NCBI GenBank assembly: GCA_002269645.1
Contig: NIVC01001395.1
Location: 62,001 to 126,000, forward strand
Length of the DNA stretch: 64,000 nucleotides
Origin: Macrostomum lignano
Lineage: Eukaryota
Direction of reading: 5' to 3'
Of this stretch, positions 1 through 10,986 are shown in pieces. The notes beneath the pieces were generated by a model. That model saw only the letters and a list, made by a program, of their open reading frames with translations. It searched no databases and was not told where the DNA came from. Within the stretch, counting starts at the first letter, position 1. Every line of letters begins with the position of its first letter. The translations under genes and the position numbers were made by a program.

Positions 1-720
1 GAGAGAAGGGAGGGTAGCTAGGCGCAGGGAGAGAAGGGAGGATAGCTAGGCGCAGGGAGAGAAGGGAGGATAGCTAGGCGCAGGGAGAGAAGGGAGGGTA
101 GCTAGGCGCAGGGAGAGAAGGGAGGGTAGCTAGGCGCAGGGAGAGAAGGGAGGATAGCTAGGCGCAGGGAGAGAAGGGAGGATAGCTAGGCGCAGGGAGA
201 GAAGGGAGGGTAGCTAGGCGCAGGGAGAGAAGGGAGGATAGCTAGGCGCAGGGAGAGAAGGGAGGGTAGCTAGACTCAGGGAGAGAAGGTAGAGTAGCTA
301 AATGCAGGGAGAGAAGGGAGGGTAGCTAGACTCAGGGAGAGAAGGGAGGGTAGCTAAATGCAGGGAGAGAAGGGAGGGTAGCTAGACGCAGGGAGAGAAG
401 GGAGGGTAGCTAGATGCAGTGAGAGAAGGGAGGGTAGCTAGATGCAGGGAGAGAAGGGAGGGTAGCTAGACGCAGGGAGAGAAGGGAGGGTAGCTAGGCG
501 CAGGGAGAGAAGGGAGGATAGCTAGGCGCAGGGAGAGAAGGGAGGGTAGCTAGGCGCAGGGAGAGAAGGGAGGGTAGCTAGAATCAGGGAGAGAAGGGAG
601 AATAGATGCAGGGAGAGAAGGGAGAATAGATGCAGGGAGAGAAGGGTGGGTAGCTAGACGCAGGGAGAGAAGGGTGGGTAGCTAGACGCAGGAAGAGAAG
701 GGAGGATAGACGCAGGGAGA
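1..720. repeat. 28-bp purine-rich minisatellite (GAGAGAAGGGAGGGTAGCTAGGCGCAGG)n
   Basis: Direct tandem copies from base 1, degenerating toward about 720. Confidence 0.95.
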
Positions 721-1685
721 GAGAGTAGGAGAGGGAGAGGAGACAATCATAGCGACGATAAAATGGAGGCAGTAATAAAAAAAGAGAAGTCTGACCAGCC
801 CTCGGTCTCCAACAATGCTGCTGCTGTTGCTGCTGCTGTTGCTGCTGCTGTTGCTGCCAACAGACAGAAGGCTCCGATCTGCCTTGAATACTGGCAGACA
901 GGCAAGCTTCGGCGTAGTTTAAAAAACCTGTTCCCAACTGCATCTGCGGATGCTGCGGCTGATGCTGCTGCTGTATTGGAGAGTTGAGAAGCCACGATGC
1001 CTGGTAGATTTGCTGCTCCATGAGTTTGCCGTTCTTTGACTAGAATTTGACAAAGCTGCTTCTGGCGTGCAGCCTTTTGTTTGCAGCAACCTTTTTGTTT
1101 TAAATAGAACTGTGCAGTCCGGGTTATATAATTGGCTCTCTCTAATTGGATGCGCCACACTGCGGATGGGGATGGAGTGGAGGGAGAGGCTGGAACTCCC
1201 CAGGAGGTTAAGGAGTACTGGAGATGTGGAAGCCACTAAAAATGCAGGTGGCCCAGCCAAAGCTTCTTTTTTCGGTTTCAAGGCTACTTTTAGGGGTTTT
1301 GAGGCTACTCTTTGGGGTTCCAAAGCTACTATTTGGGGGTTCCAAAGCTACTGCTGTTGTTAAAGCAGACAGTAGTGCGCAGTTGACTTCTAACGTTAAA
1401 GTAAAATTTAAAAAATCAATACTGGCTTATGCCGAGAAGGTTAAACTCAGACTAACCCCTTCCCTCTCAATTGTTCACTTCTTGCTAAGCAAAGCAAGTT
1501 TTCGCATAAACAATTGACTTCGAGAAGATCTTGACAGGACTCAGACAGTGTGACCCCGTCTTTTTTTCATTTCTTGCTTTTGAACTGGCTTTTGTCTATA
1601 TTTAAAGCAGTCAATTGCAGGCTTACAGAGAAATTTTAGATATTGGGAGAAAAACTAGCTGATAATTTTATTAACTTAATGCAAT

Positions 1686-3823
1686 ATGAAGATCTCAAGC
1701 ACGATAAGTGTTGTTATATTAGTGCTTTTGTTCTCCTGCCAGCTATCTGCTGGAAAGACGCATAGTCTGCAGAACAAATTGTTGGGTGAGCCATCATTTA
1801 TGCCCTGTGATTACATTAGTAAAACAGAGTGCAAGCAATTAACAGACCACAAGCAAACAGACCACAAGCAATCAAACCACAAGCAATCAAACCACAAGCA
1901 AACAGACCACAAGCAATCAAACCACAAGCAATCAAACCACATGCAAACAGACCACAAGCAAACAGACCACAAGCAAACAGACCACAAGCTAACAGACCAC
2001 AAGCAAACAGACCACAAGCAATCAAACCACAAGCAATCAAACCACAAGCAAACAGACCACAAGCAAACAGACCACAAGCAATCAAACCACAAGCAATCAA
2101 ACCACAAGCAAACAGACCACAAGCAATCAAACCACAAGCAATCAAACCACAAGCAAACAGACCACAAGCAATCAAACCACAAGCAATCAAACCACAAGCA
2201 AACAGACCACAAGCAAACAGACCACAAGCAAACAGATCACAAGCAAACAGATCACAAGCAAACAGACCACAAGCAAGCAGACCACAAGCAATCAAACCAC
2301 AAGCAATCAAACCACAAGCAAACAGACCACAAGCAATCAAACCACAAGCAAACAGACCACAAGCAAACAGAGCACAAGCAAGCAGACCACAAGCAAGCAG
2401 ACCACAAGCAAACAGATCACAAGCAAACAGACCACAAGCAAACAGACCACAAGCAAACAGACCACAAGCAAACAGACCACAAGCAAACAGACCACAAGCA
2501 AACAGACCACAAGCAAACAGATCACAAGCAAACAGACTACAAGCAAACAGACCACAAGCAATCAGACCACAAGCAATCAGACTGAATAAGAATCAAATCA
2601 TGCTCTCTACAGACCAGCCTTCAAGCTCCTGCGATTCCAACTGCCTGAAGAAGCGAGCCAGCTTTAAAAGACTTTCAGCAAAAATAAGCCCACTTTCTAA
2701 AGAGATTTCGCAGTTCAAAGCAACTAAGACAAATGGAAACGCACTTGAAAATAATTCGAAGCAGATTAGTAAAAGAAAGGGGATCTCAACCAGGTCGATC
2801 AGCGTGGCCGTTAGTCGATTTCGAACAAGTCAGATGCAGCTGCTACGCGACATCGGCAGAACGCTGAAATTTCGAATTCGCATGGACCGAATCCGCAGGC
2901 ACCAGCAAGTTCTGGCCAGGAGACTGAAGCGACTAGAAGCTCAGAAGCAGTTGATGAAGACAGCTAAGAATTCTAAAGCTCGCCTAAGTGCTATGCAACG
3001 TCGCATCGAGCGGTTAACTGAGAGGCAGCAAATCTTGCGCAACCGCTACAGGACGCTTGCTGAGAGACGTCGGCACCAGCAGAAAGACTCCTTCAAGCTG
3101 TACAACTCAATGACTAGCGATACTAAGAAATGGTACAAGTACAATTTTAACAAACTGCAAAAAACTTTAGCTGCCCATCAGAGCCAGCTGAAGGGCACAC
3201 AGACTGGAAACAATACCCAAACAGCTTCGCAGCCTAAGAGTCGATCCGATGTGAAACGCATTCTCGGACAATTCCATCAATTGACCATACGCTACGGCCG
3301 GCTCTGCGAGCGAATGCTCGTAGCCATCAGCAAAGTGCGCGAGATCGACATTCAACTGTCGGATTTAATTAAGAAACGTAGACAACTGCAGTCTTCTGGT
3401 AGCCAAGCAGAGATTACTGGTTTGAACTCTACCGAGCAGCAGCTAAATGCCAGAAGAAAAAAAGCCTTAAAACGAAAGGAACGATTAGAATCAGCGATTC
3501 ACAATGTGGCTGCGAACTATTCCCAATTGCTGATGGAGTACAAACTGACGGCTTATTACAAAATGCTCAAGGCCTCCCAGATGCCGGCAAAACCTAAGGC
3601 AACAATAAAAAACCAGACTAAAAATGAGAGTTTCAAGGAGCGCGTTGAGAAACGATTGAAGCAGTTTCAGTCGTGGTGGCAAAGCGCGGTCAAGCAAGCC
3701 AAGTTGTTGAAAGCTCGACGCTTGCACGTGACGAATAGGCGAGCTCGACTGCAGAAGCGGCTGGTTAGGCTGAGAACTCGGCAAAAGATGCTCGCTCGGG
3801 AAATTCGCAAGTTGGAGATTTAA
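1686..3823 (+). CDS. Orphan secreted, highly basic coiled-coil protein (exons 1686-1785 and 2613-3823; about 436 aa to the TAA)
   Basis: Signal-peptide-like start MKISSTISVVILVLLFSCQLSAG. Donor G|GTGAGC at 1786 (phase 1) and acceptor ctctctacAG|AC at 2611-2612 join in frame (G+AC = Asp) to a 402-codon non-repetitive R/K-rich helical ORF. Confidence 0.7.
1843..2585. repeat. 15-bp minisatellite (ACAGACCACAAGCAA / TCAAACCACAAGCAA) filling intron 1 of the basic-protein gene
   Basis: Tandem 15-mers lying between the donor at 1786 and the acceptor at 2612. Confidence 0.9.
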
Positions 3824-3962
3824 CAATGGAAGTCGGGCAGAGCCAAAGTCGGGAAGAGGAAGAAGGTGACTTACTTGACTTAGCTGCAGGGCTGTCCCGG
3901 AGGGGACACAGCGGGAAGGCGCGGGCGCCCATTCCGCTAATCCCTGAACGGCCGACGCGTCG

Positions 3963-6900
3963 CTATGGACGGAGGGTTGGCGCCGCCCAGGGAGGTCCCC
4001 CAGTGTCGCCAGCAGCTATAGTGCTCTCTGGAAAGGAGAGTTCAGCCCTGCGGGTGGCCCGAAGGTAGCGCATGAGCTGATTAAAGTTTTCGGGTTTGCA
4101 CGCTTCAGTAATAGATGTGTGTGGCCCGAGGTAAGTGAGTCTAGCCCGCGTGAAGGCGGGACAGATGCTGACGAAATGCTCAGCAGTTTCGTCACCTGAG
4201 TTGCAGAAACTACAGGTGGCGTTGGTGGCGTTGCCCTGCAGGTACTGGTGCCTGGAGAAGCAGCCGTGACCTGAGAGGGTCATGGTGGCAGCCCGGATGT
4301 ATCTGCGCGAGAGGCGCAAGAGGAGCTTCCGGAGCTGGTGAGAGGGCTGAGGGACAGCGCCTCTGGATTGCCTGCAGTTCGTGCGGTTCGCCCAAGACGA
4401 GCGGTGCTGAGTCCTGATCCACGCTTTGATGCGCGAGTCGATGACACAGCCAGGAATCGGGACAAGAGGTTCGGGGCCGAGAGAGGAGCCGGAGGCACCA
4501 ACTTTTGCAAGGGTGTCAGCCAGCTCATTTCCTCGGATCCCCACATGCCCCGGAACCCACTTAAGGGTAATTTTGTTGGCGGAACCCAACACGTTGAGAA
4601 GTTTGATACAGTCGAGGACTGTAGCAGAGTTGGTGCTGCAGCCACTGATGGCGTGCAAGGCAGCTTGGCTGTCCGAATGGAAAATGATGTTCTTACCAGT
4701 AACGCCAGTGGCGAGAAGCTCAGCAGTGCAGGAGCTGATGGCCAGAACTTCATTTTGGAAAACACTGGAGTTGACCCCAGTGTATTGAGCGTGGGTAGCG
4801 ATGACCCTCCCGTTCAGAAAGATTCCAACACCAAAGCCGGTGTTGGCTGACTGCTTAGAACCGTCGGTGTAGCAATGAAGCTCACCAGGGTTCCATTGGT
4901 CATTGATGTTATCGCGCGAGTCGATAGCTACGGAGTAGCGCTGTCTCAGGTTGAGCGTTGAGGCAATGCCATCGGTGAAGACGCGATTGGCCTGACACTC
5001 GTTGAGAAAGTTGAGGCACAGATCGCTATGCGGGACAAGGTTCCGCTTAGCAGGTGCTCTCATGTAAATGAATTTGACGCCGGCATCAATTAGACGCCGC
5101 GTCGTTCTAGCCGCCTCACCCCTGATGAAGAGGTCAAGAGGCGGAAGGTTAAGGAAGGCCCCCATGCCAGCAAAGGGCGTGGACCTGGTGGCGTTGCAGA
5201 TGAGCCTACACGCTCTGCCTTGGATCGTGTTGAGCAGGTCTGCATGGCTTTTGACCTGGGTAGCGCTAACCCAGACAACAGAGGCGTACGTAATGGCAGG
5301 TCTAACTACGGAAGTATAGATCCACCAAAGCCGCTTTGGGGATAGACCCCAAGAAGTGCCAAGTGCTCGTCGGAGCTGGGCCAGGATGGCTGAGGCACGC
5401 TTGGCTTTTGCTTTCACGTGGAAGGACCAGTTGAGCCGGTGGTCAAGTGTGACCCCGAGACATCTGGTCTGGTGCGCGAAGGCAATATCTCTGCCGTAGA
5501 GCTGCAGAGGACGTATGTTCCAGCGTAGTCTGCTGGTAAACATAATGGCAACGGTTTTGGGCTCAGAGAGTTCCAAACCATTGTCATTGGCCCAGGATTC
5601 TGCTTTGCGGATAAAGCTCTGCATCAGATCCCTGAGCGTGCTGGGAGACGGTCCTGCCACAATGGCCGTGACGTCATCAGCATACCCGACTTTGAAGACG
5701 GGGTCGGGTCGGGAGTCACTCAGAAGAGCGTCCATGACCAGGTTCCAGAGCGTCGGGGTGAGGACTCCGCCTTGGGGTCCACCCTTACAGACTCTGGTGG
5801 AGGCAGTTTGCCCAAGAAGTTGGGCAGTGACCGTACGGTTGGAGATCATGTACATGATCCACCGTATGAGGGTAGCATGAGCTTTGCGATTTTGAAGGGC
5901 CCTCTGAAACGCTTCAAAGATAACGTTGTCGAAGGCGCCAACAATGTCAAGAAAGAGAGCCAGGGCGTAACCGTCACCCAGTACCGCCCGTTCAATCTTT
6001 TCGACAATCGCATGCAGGGCGCTGTCAGTCGACCTCCCGGTACGGAAGGCGTGCTGATTATTGCTGAGGGGCATCGCTGTCAGCTCGCAGGAGAGCAGCC
6101 GCCAGAGAATAAGCCTCTCAGTGAGCTTAAGCATTGCTGACGTTAAGCTAATTGGCCGGAAGGCCTTGACGCTTTGGTAGTCACCCTTCCCAGGTTTGGG
6201 AATAAAGACTACTCGAGCTTCAGTCCAGCTTTTGGGAACGTATCCCAGCTGGATAGAGGCCCGCATAAGATTGCGGGTGAGTCTCAGGAACGAGGGTATC
6301 TTGGCTGCTTCACGAAGGAGAACAGGGTAGATACCATCAGGTCAGGAGATTTGAAGGGTTTGAAGGTTCTGACCGCACGAGCGATTAGGTCTTCAGTGAC
6401 AATGCCCGCCGCTAGGGTGGCTCCATCCATCGAATGGTTGGGCTCCGGTCTAGCAGTAGGTACCCTCGGGAAGAATGTGCTAAGCATATGCTGAAGCACT
6501 TCTTCAGGGTCTTTAGTAAGAGAGCCATCATCTTTTTTGATCATGGCTAATTTGGACATTTTGTCCATTGTAAGGGCCTTGACAAGCCTAGAAGTAGGTC
6601 TGTCTTGATCCAATTCATTGCAGAATTGGCGCCACTTACATTCCTTGGCCTTGCGCACTTCAGATTTGAAATTGCGGGAGGCTTGCCGGAAAAGCTCCAT
6701 GTCCTCCGGGTTTCCAGTCTTCATGGCACGGCGATGAAGGCTTTTGGCCTTCCGCCTGAGTTTCCCCAGCTCCGGGTTCCACCACGGCGCCGAGGTCTTG
6801 CCTCTGTAGGCGCGAGCAGGACAAGCCGCTTCGTAGGCTGCAATAATGCAACCTGTCAGCGTCTCAGCCATATGATCCACATCCTCGCAGGTCTCAATCG

Positions 6901-7702
6901 GACGTAAGTCCGTGAGTTCCTGCAGGTGCAGATCAAGGGCAGCCTTGTAGGCCGCCCAATCAGTGTTGCGGATATTGCGCCTCCAAGTGATCGGAGACTG
7001 GGTTTTAGTGTCCGCGATATTAAAGGCGATAAAGCAGTGGTCAGACAGGGAGGGCTCCTCAGACCAGACTCTCCACTCCTTAACTCTGTCAAAGAGTCTT
7101 GGGGTAACGAGTGTGGCGTCGAGGACCTCGGTCCATCTGCCATTATTAAAGGTAGGAGTGCTGCCGCGGTTGCAGAGCATGAGGTTTGTGTTAGAGATGA
7201 GGGCCAGAAGCTCCTCTCCTCTAGTGTTGGTATCTTTGCTGCCCCAGTGCTTGTGGTGCGCGTTGAGGTCGCCCCCTAAGCACAGCTCAGCGTTCTGGGA
7301 CTCGCAGTACTGCGCAAGGCGCAGTAAACTCTCGGGAGCAGGGTCTCTGTCGCCTGGGATATAAACCGAGGCAACAAGACACGTACGCGGAGAGAAATGA
7401 TTAGATTGGATGACGCAAAGGTCTCCATCAGAGAGATCAGTCCTCAGCCAAGCCTGGAGATGGCTAGCAGCGAGGATAGCCGCTCTAGTGCGGCTGTTCC
7501 CCGGGCCACACACATAAAAATCAGAGTAGCCAGAGGGAATGTTGGGCGACTTACCGTTGCGCATCCAGGGTTCCTGGATCAGGATGAGGCCTGGCCTGTA
7601 CAGCTCAGCAATCTTCATCAGATTTACTGACGCAGATACGCAATGCTGTAAATTTATTTGCAGACAGAATGTCGCTCCTTTGGCAGCGTGGAGCTTAGTC
7701 AT
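3963..7702 (-). CDS. LINE ORF2: AP endonuclease, reverse transcriptase, RNase H, C-terminal CCHC finger; one 1-nt frameshift near 6343
   Basis: Motifs QINLQH, GGDLNAHH, SDH, PQGGVLTP, YADD, YTDGSK, WVPGH and CSFC..ETAEHF..C. Adding one G restores KSPGPDGIYP and a single 1246-aa ORF. Confidence 0.92.
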
Positions 7703-7741
7703 ACTGTATTAAATGCAATATCTGGCTAGAGCCCAGGGCCA

Positions 7742-9246
7742 TCAAGGAGACTTGGACAACAGATCGTCCTCGTCCCAGGCCGCTGGGGCTTGACTGGGAG
7801 ATGGGAGTTGGTCGACGTCCATGGCCTCCTCACCCCCACCGGCCCCCCCAGCAGAGTCCTCAGGCTCCGATGACAGGATGGAGGAAGCTTCCTCATCTGC
7901 ATCTTTACCTTCAGACCCCACCAGGGTGGCCGAGGAGAGCTCGGATTCCGAAGACCCGGCCTCGTCCTCAACTCCTTCTCCGACTGGCAGGTTTGGTTCC
8001 CGGGGCTTGGCCGGAGCCGTTACCACGGTCGCCGAACTGCTGCTAGCAGAGGGGCGAGACGCAGCTTTGGCTTTGGGATCGGCTTGCGCCTTTCCTTGGG
8101 CCTTAGACTGCGCCCCGCTCTTGCCGGAGATGCCGGGGTTGGCAGTAGCCTTCCCTTTGGCAGACTTTCCTCGGCGCATCTTGAGTTTGAGGGCACCCAG
8201 CTGGAAAGAGGATCCATTAGGGTACCGACTCGCCCAAGTGCTGGAAAGGCCGAGGACAATTGAGTTGCCCGACTCCCCCCTGCGGACTTTACGGTGATAC
8301 ACCAGTCCACTAGCAGGGAGGTCGGGGTTCAGACGCAGTAGGACCCGGCGAATAACGTCTGGTCCAGCTGCGGTGCTCTTAGCAGGGACGAAAACCACAT
8401 AGGGTATCGTCTTTGGACGCTGGCCCTCGCGAAGAAAAAGAGCTCCGCCAAGGTCAGCATCCAAGGAGACCGTCGGCAGCCGCTGGAGCAGCTGCCGAGC
8501 GTCCTCCTCGCTGCTAGGAGCAATAAGAACGAATGTGCTTCGCAGCACCATCCGCTCAATGCCGATGGAGATTCCCTCCTCGACAGTCAGCTCAATCAGA
8601 TAGGAGTCAACAGCACTCCACACTTTTTGAAGCTGATCAGTGGTCCAATCCTGGTCGCGACCTTGGATGATCACTCCCGGGATTTTGGCCTTGGCCTTCG
8701 CCGCAAAGGTAGCTCCCGAAGGAACCTCCTTGTTGGCAGTGGCCATTTTTTGCACCGTGGTTTCGGCCTCAGCAGCCGCAGCAGCATCTCCAGGGAGCGC
8801 CGCCGCTGAACTACCGGAGCTTCCACCGGCCGGCCCGTCTGGTTGCCTTGGGACGCCAGTCGCTTCAGCATCCATGGTGGACGCCGCCGCTTTGGCCCCG
8901 CAGCTCCCTTCTTGGCCTGCCTTTTGGCGCGTTGTTTAGCGCGTTTGCGCTCAAGCCGAGCCCGCTGAGCTTCATCGGATCTGCCAGATTTGGCCGGTCC
9001 TTTAGGCTCAGAGCTCGCGGTTCCCTTAGATCCACCAGCGGAGCTGGCAGGTCTTTGGGTATTATGAGTTTGGTAGCTCTGGTCGGATCTGTCAGCAGAG
9101 CCAGCCGGTCCTTCCTTTGCCACAGTTGAATCAGTCGGTTGGGATCTGCCAGCAGGGCCGGCCGGTCCTTCGGACTGAGGTTGGGGTTTAGAAGGGTCCC
9201 CGTCCCTAGAGTTAGCTTGATTATCCATAGACGGCTCGAAGGCCAT
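7742..9246 (-). CDS. LINE ORF1 (gag-like, no CCHC knuckle; DUF4780-like core by resemblance); one 1-nt frameshift near 8896-8899
   Basis: ORFs 8671-9303 and 7742-8875 join into about 501 aa from the ATG at 9246 if one G is added to a G4 run. It ends 39 nt before the ORF2 ATG. Confidence 0.75.
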
Positions 9247-9689
9247 GATAAAAGGTTGGTGGGCTACCCTCAAAGGGGCGCGGTACCCACCCGGCCGCTC
9301 CACCTGACCGGGCAGTAGGCCAATAGCACCCTCAAGGCTGGCCCGACACCAGGAGGGGGACCGCTTGCGACCGGACTACTCCCCGGCCTTCCAGCCCATC
9401 GGCACGGTCAACACCTTAGGCATTAGAGAGTACGTTGAGCAGTACCACGGCCTGCAGGTTGGCGAGCCAGACCCGCATACCCAAATTCGGCCGAAGCCAC
9501 TGGATAGGGTCGCCAGCGCCGGAGCCCAGTCTGTCCAGCAGCCCTAGGGACTGCCTTGAACACACGCGGGGACGAGTACCCTGGGTCGACTAGCGAGACA
9601 GCGTGGGGGGGTCTGCGGCTGCCAGAGGCAAATAGAGGAAGAAGGTGAGTATTGAAGTGTGTTGATCTCGAAGGGTTTGTTCTAAAGTA

Positions 9690-9993
9690 AATAATAATAA
9701 TTGATTACACCTGCCCCAATTAGGCCAGATGTGCAACCGACAGCTCAGCCGCAGCTATTGCGCGGCGCATCTGAAGGCTGCGTACGGCTGTTCAGTCCAA
9801 GGCCTGGGGGTTCACCACAGGCACCCTCAATTACCCCGGCTAATGCTGGCACCCATTTTACAGCTGGGTAAACTGAAGCAATGCAGAGTTAATGTGTCTT
9901 GCTCAAGGACACAAATTGTTCCAGTGGGATCGGGAATCGAACCCCCGACCTTCAAGCCGTGAGTCCGACGCTCTAACCACGGCACTAGGCTAC
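9690..9993 (-). mobile_element. tRNA-derived SINE family A with a CORE-like central domain (copy 1)
   Basis: Minus strand has a head GTAGCCTAGTGCCGTGGTTAGAGCG..GGTTCGATTCC (A/B boxes), a body TGTGTCCTTGAGCAAGACAC..CAGTTTACCCAGCTGTAAAATGGG resembling the MIR CORE consensus, and a (TTA)n tail. Further copies lie at 39.5 and 48.2 kb. Confidence 0.85.
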
Positions 9994-10308
9994 AAGGAAT
10001 TTTGCTGCTACAATCAGCAATACATTTAGTTAATCCACGAGGACTCAAGGACTCCAACCTCCTGCTAGGTTTTAAGTATAGACCCGCCCTTAACTTGTGT
10101 AACGCGATACAAAAATTAAGCAATGTCGTTGGTAATATAGCTCAGCTAAGAGTTCAACTGGTTGCCAATCAGAATATGGTGGTGACGCAATTTTGCACAG
10201 AAAAAAAATTGGTTTCATGTACTCAGTTTAGTTACTTTGTTCTTTGTGTCGGTGGAAGCCAGGAAGTTTGCATACACAGCCTCATGTAAAGTCTCTGTAT
10301 GGTTGTAG

Positions 10309-10541
10309 GACAATGTCGCTGAAGCATTCTAAAAAAACGTTATCGCCGACATCGGCTCACCCAACGCATCCGGGACATCTCGGCTAAGCTTCAGCGACTT
10401 GCCCAGCGTGCCACGGCAGTTCGCTGTCGTATCCAGCGTCACGAAGAGGCGATGATGCGGCTGAAAACTAGAAGACGAGGATTTTTAAGACGACTGAAAC
10501 GACTGAGATGGTTGCAGAAGTCTTCAACTGGCAGAACCTAA
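10309..10541 (+). CDS. Probable terminal exon of the basic secreted protein gene (LKKRYRRHRLTQRIRD...RLRWLQKSSTGRT*)
   Basis: A 70-codon R/K-rich open frame (10329-10541) with the same composition as exon 2, preceded by an acceptor-like ttgtAG at 10307-10308. The junction frame needs a 1-nt indel or an alternative acceptor. Confidence 0.45.
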
Positions 10542-10986
10542 CTTGGTGTGCGGAATCGGGAACTAATTTAATCTTTTTTGTCAGAGTGCACGGGTCCGGT
10601 GACTGGTTTCCTTGTTGTGTGCAAGTGGATGTCAAGTTTAAATTCCGAACCAAACTGCATGAAGCAAAGCTCCAGAGTTAATCATGAAGTTGTCTCAGTG
10701 AAGTTGAGGTCTTTTGAAAGAAGAACCCTGATATCTCTTTTTTTGTTTAGCTTCTGAATTTTAATTTGGTTGAATTTTCTTTATAGAACGGTCATTTTCA
10801 TGCTTCTATTGAAATTATTTTACTTGTAATGGTGTTTAGCAAATATAATTCAAGAACCAACTTTAAATCTTCACTACTTTACTTTTCGCGTTACTTTCGA
10901 AGAAGGAAAGACAGTAGTATGTAAAGCGTACATGTTTTGTTTCTTGGAAGATGTAGGGAAAAAGAAGGATTTTCGTGTTTTAATAG

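Larger units (their letters stand above)
3870..9633 (-). mobile_element. Full-length non-LTR retrotransposon (APE-RT-RNase H; LOA/R1/I-group-like), about 5.76 kb
   Basis: Two ORFs plus 5' and 3' UTRs, flanked by a perfect 15-bp TSD AGAGGAAGAAGGTGA (3855-3869 and 9634-9648). The clade call is inference from the domain order and the QINLQH endonuclease start. Confidence 0.93.

Noticed and set aside
747-1160. Poly-Ala ORFs on both strands around (GCT)n
   Set aside because: Short, driven by trinucleotide runs, with no recognisable domain or convincing splice context.
1811-2585. HKQTD/QANRP pentapeptide-repeat protein ORFs
   Set aside because: The array is open in several frames on both strands and is cleanly removed by a phase-matched intron; treated as intronic, although retention would give a 299-aa secreted repeat protein.
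9440-9633. HDV-like ribozyme at the LINE 5' end (ACCCAGG/UUUGGGU pairing, UCCCCG loop, CGAAU)
   Set aside because: P2-, L3- and J4/2-like pieces are present, but I could not build P1 or a canonical P3. An RNArobo or Infernal search would be needed to support it.
9920-9993. tRNA genes at SINE heads (also 11350-11418, 29340-29400, 39760-39826)
   Set aside because: A/B boxes are present but there is no complete cloverleaf, and each continues into a shared SINE body.
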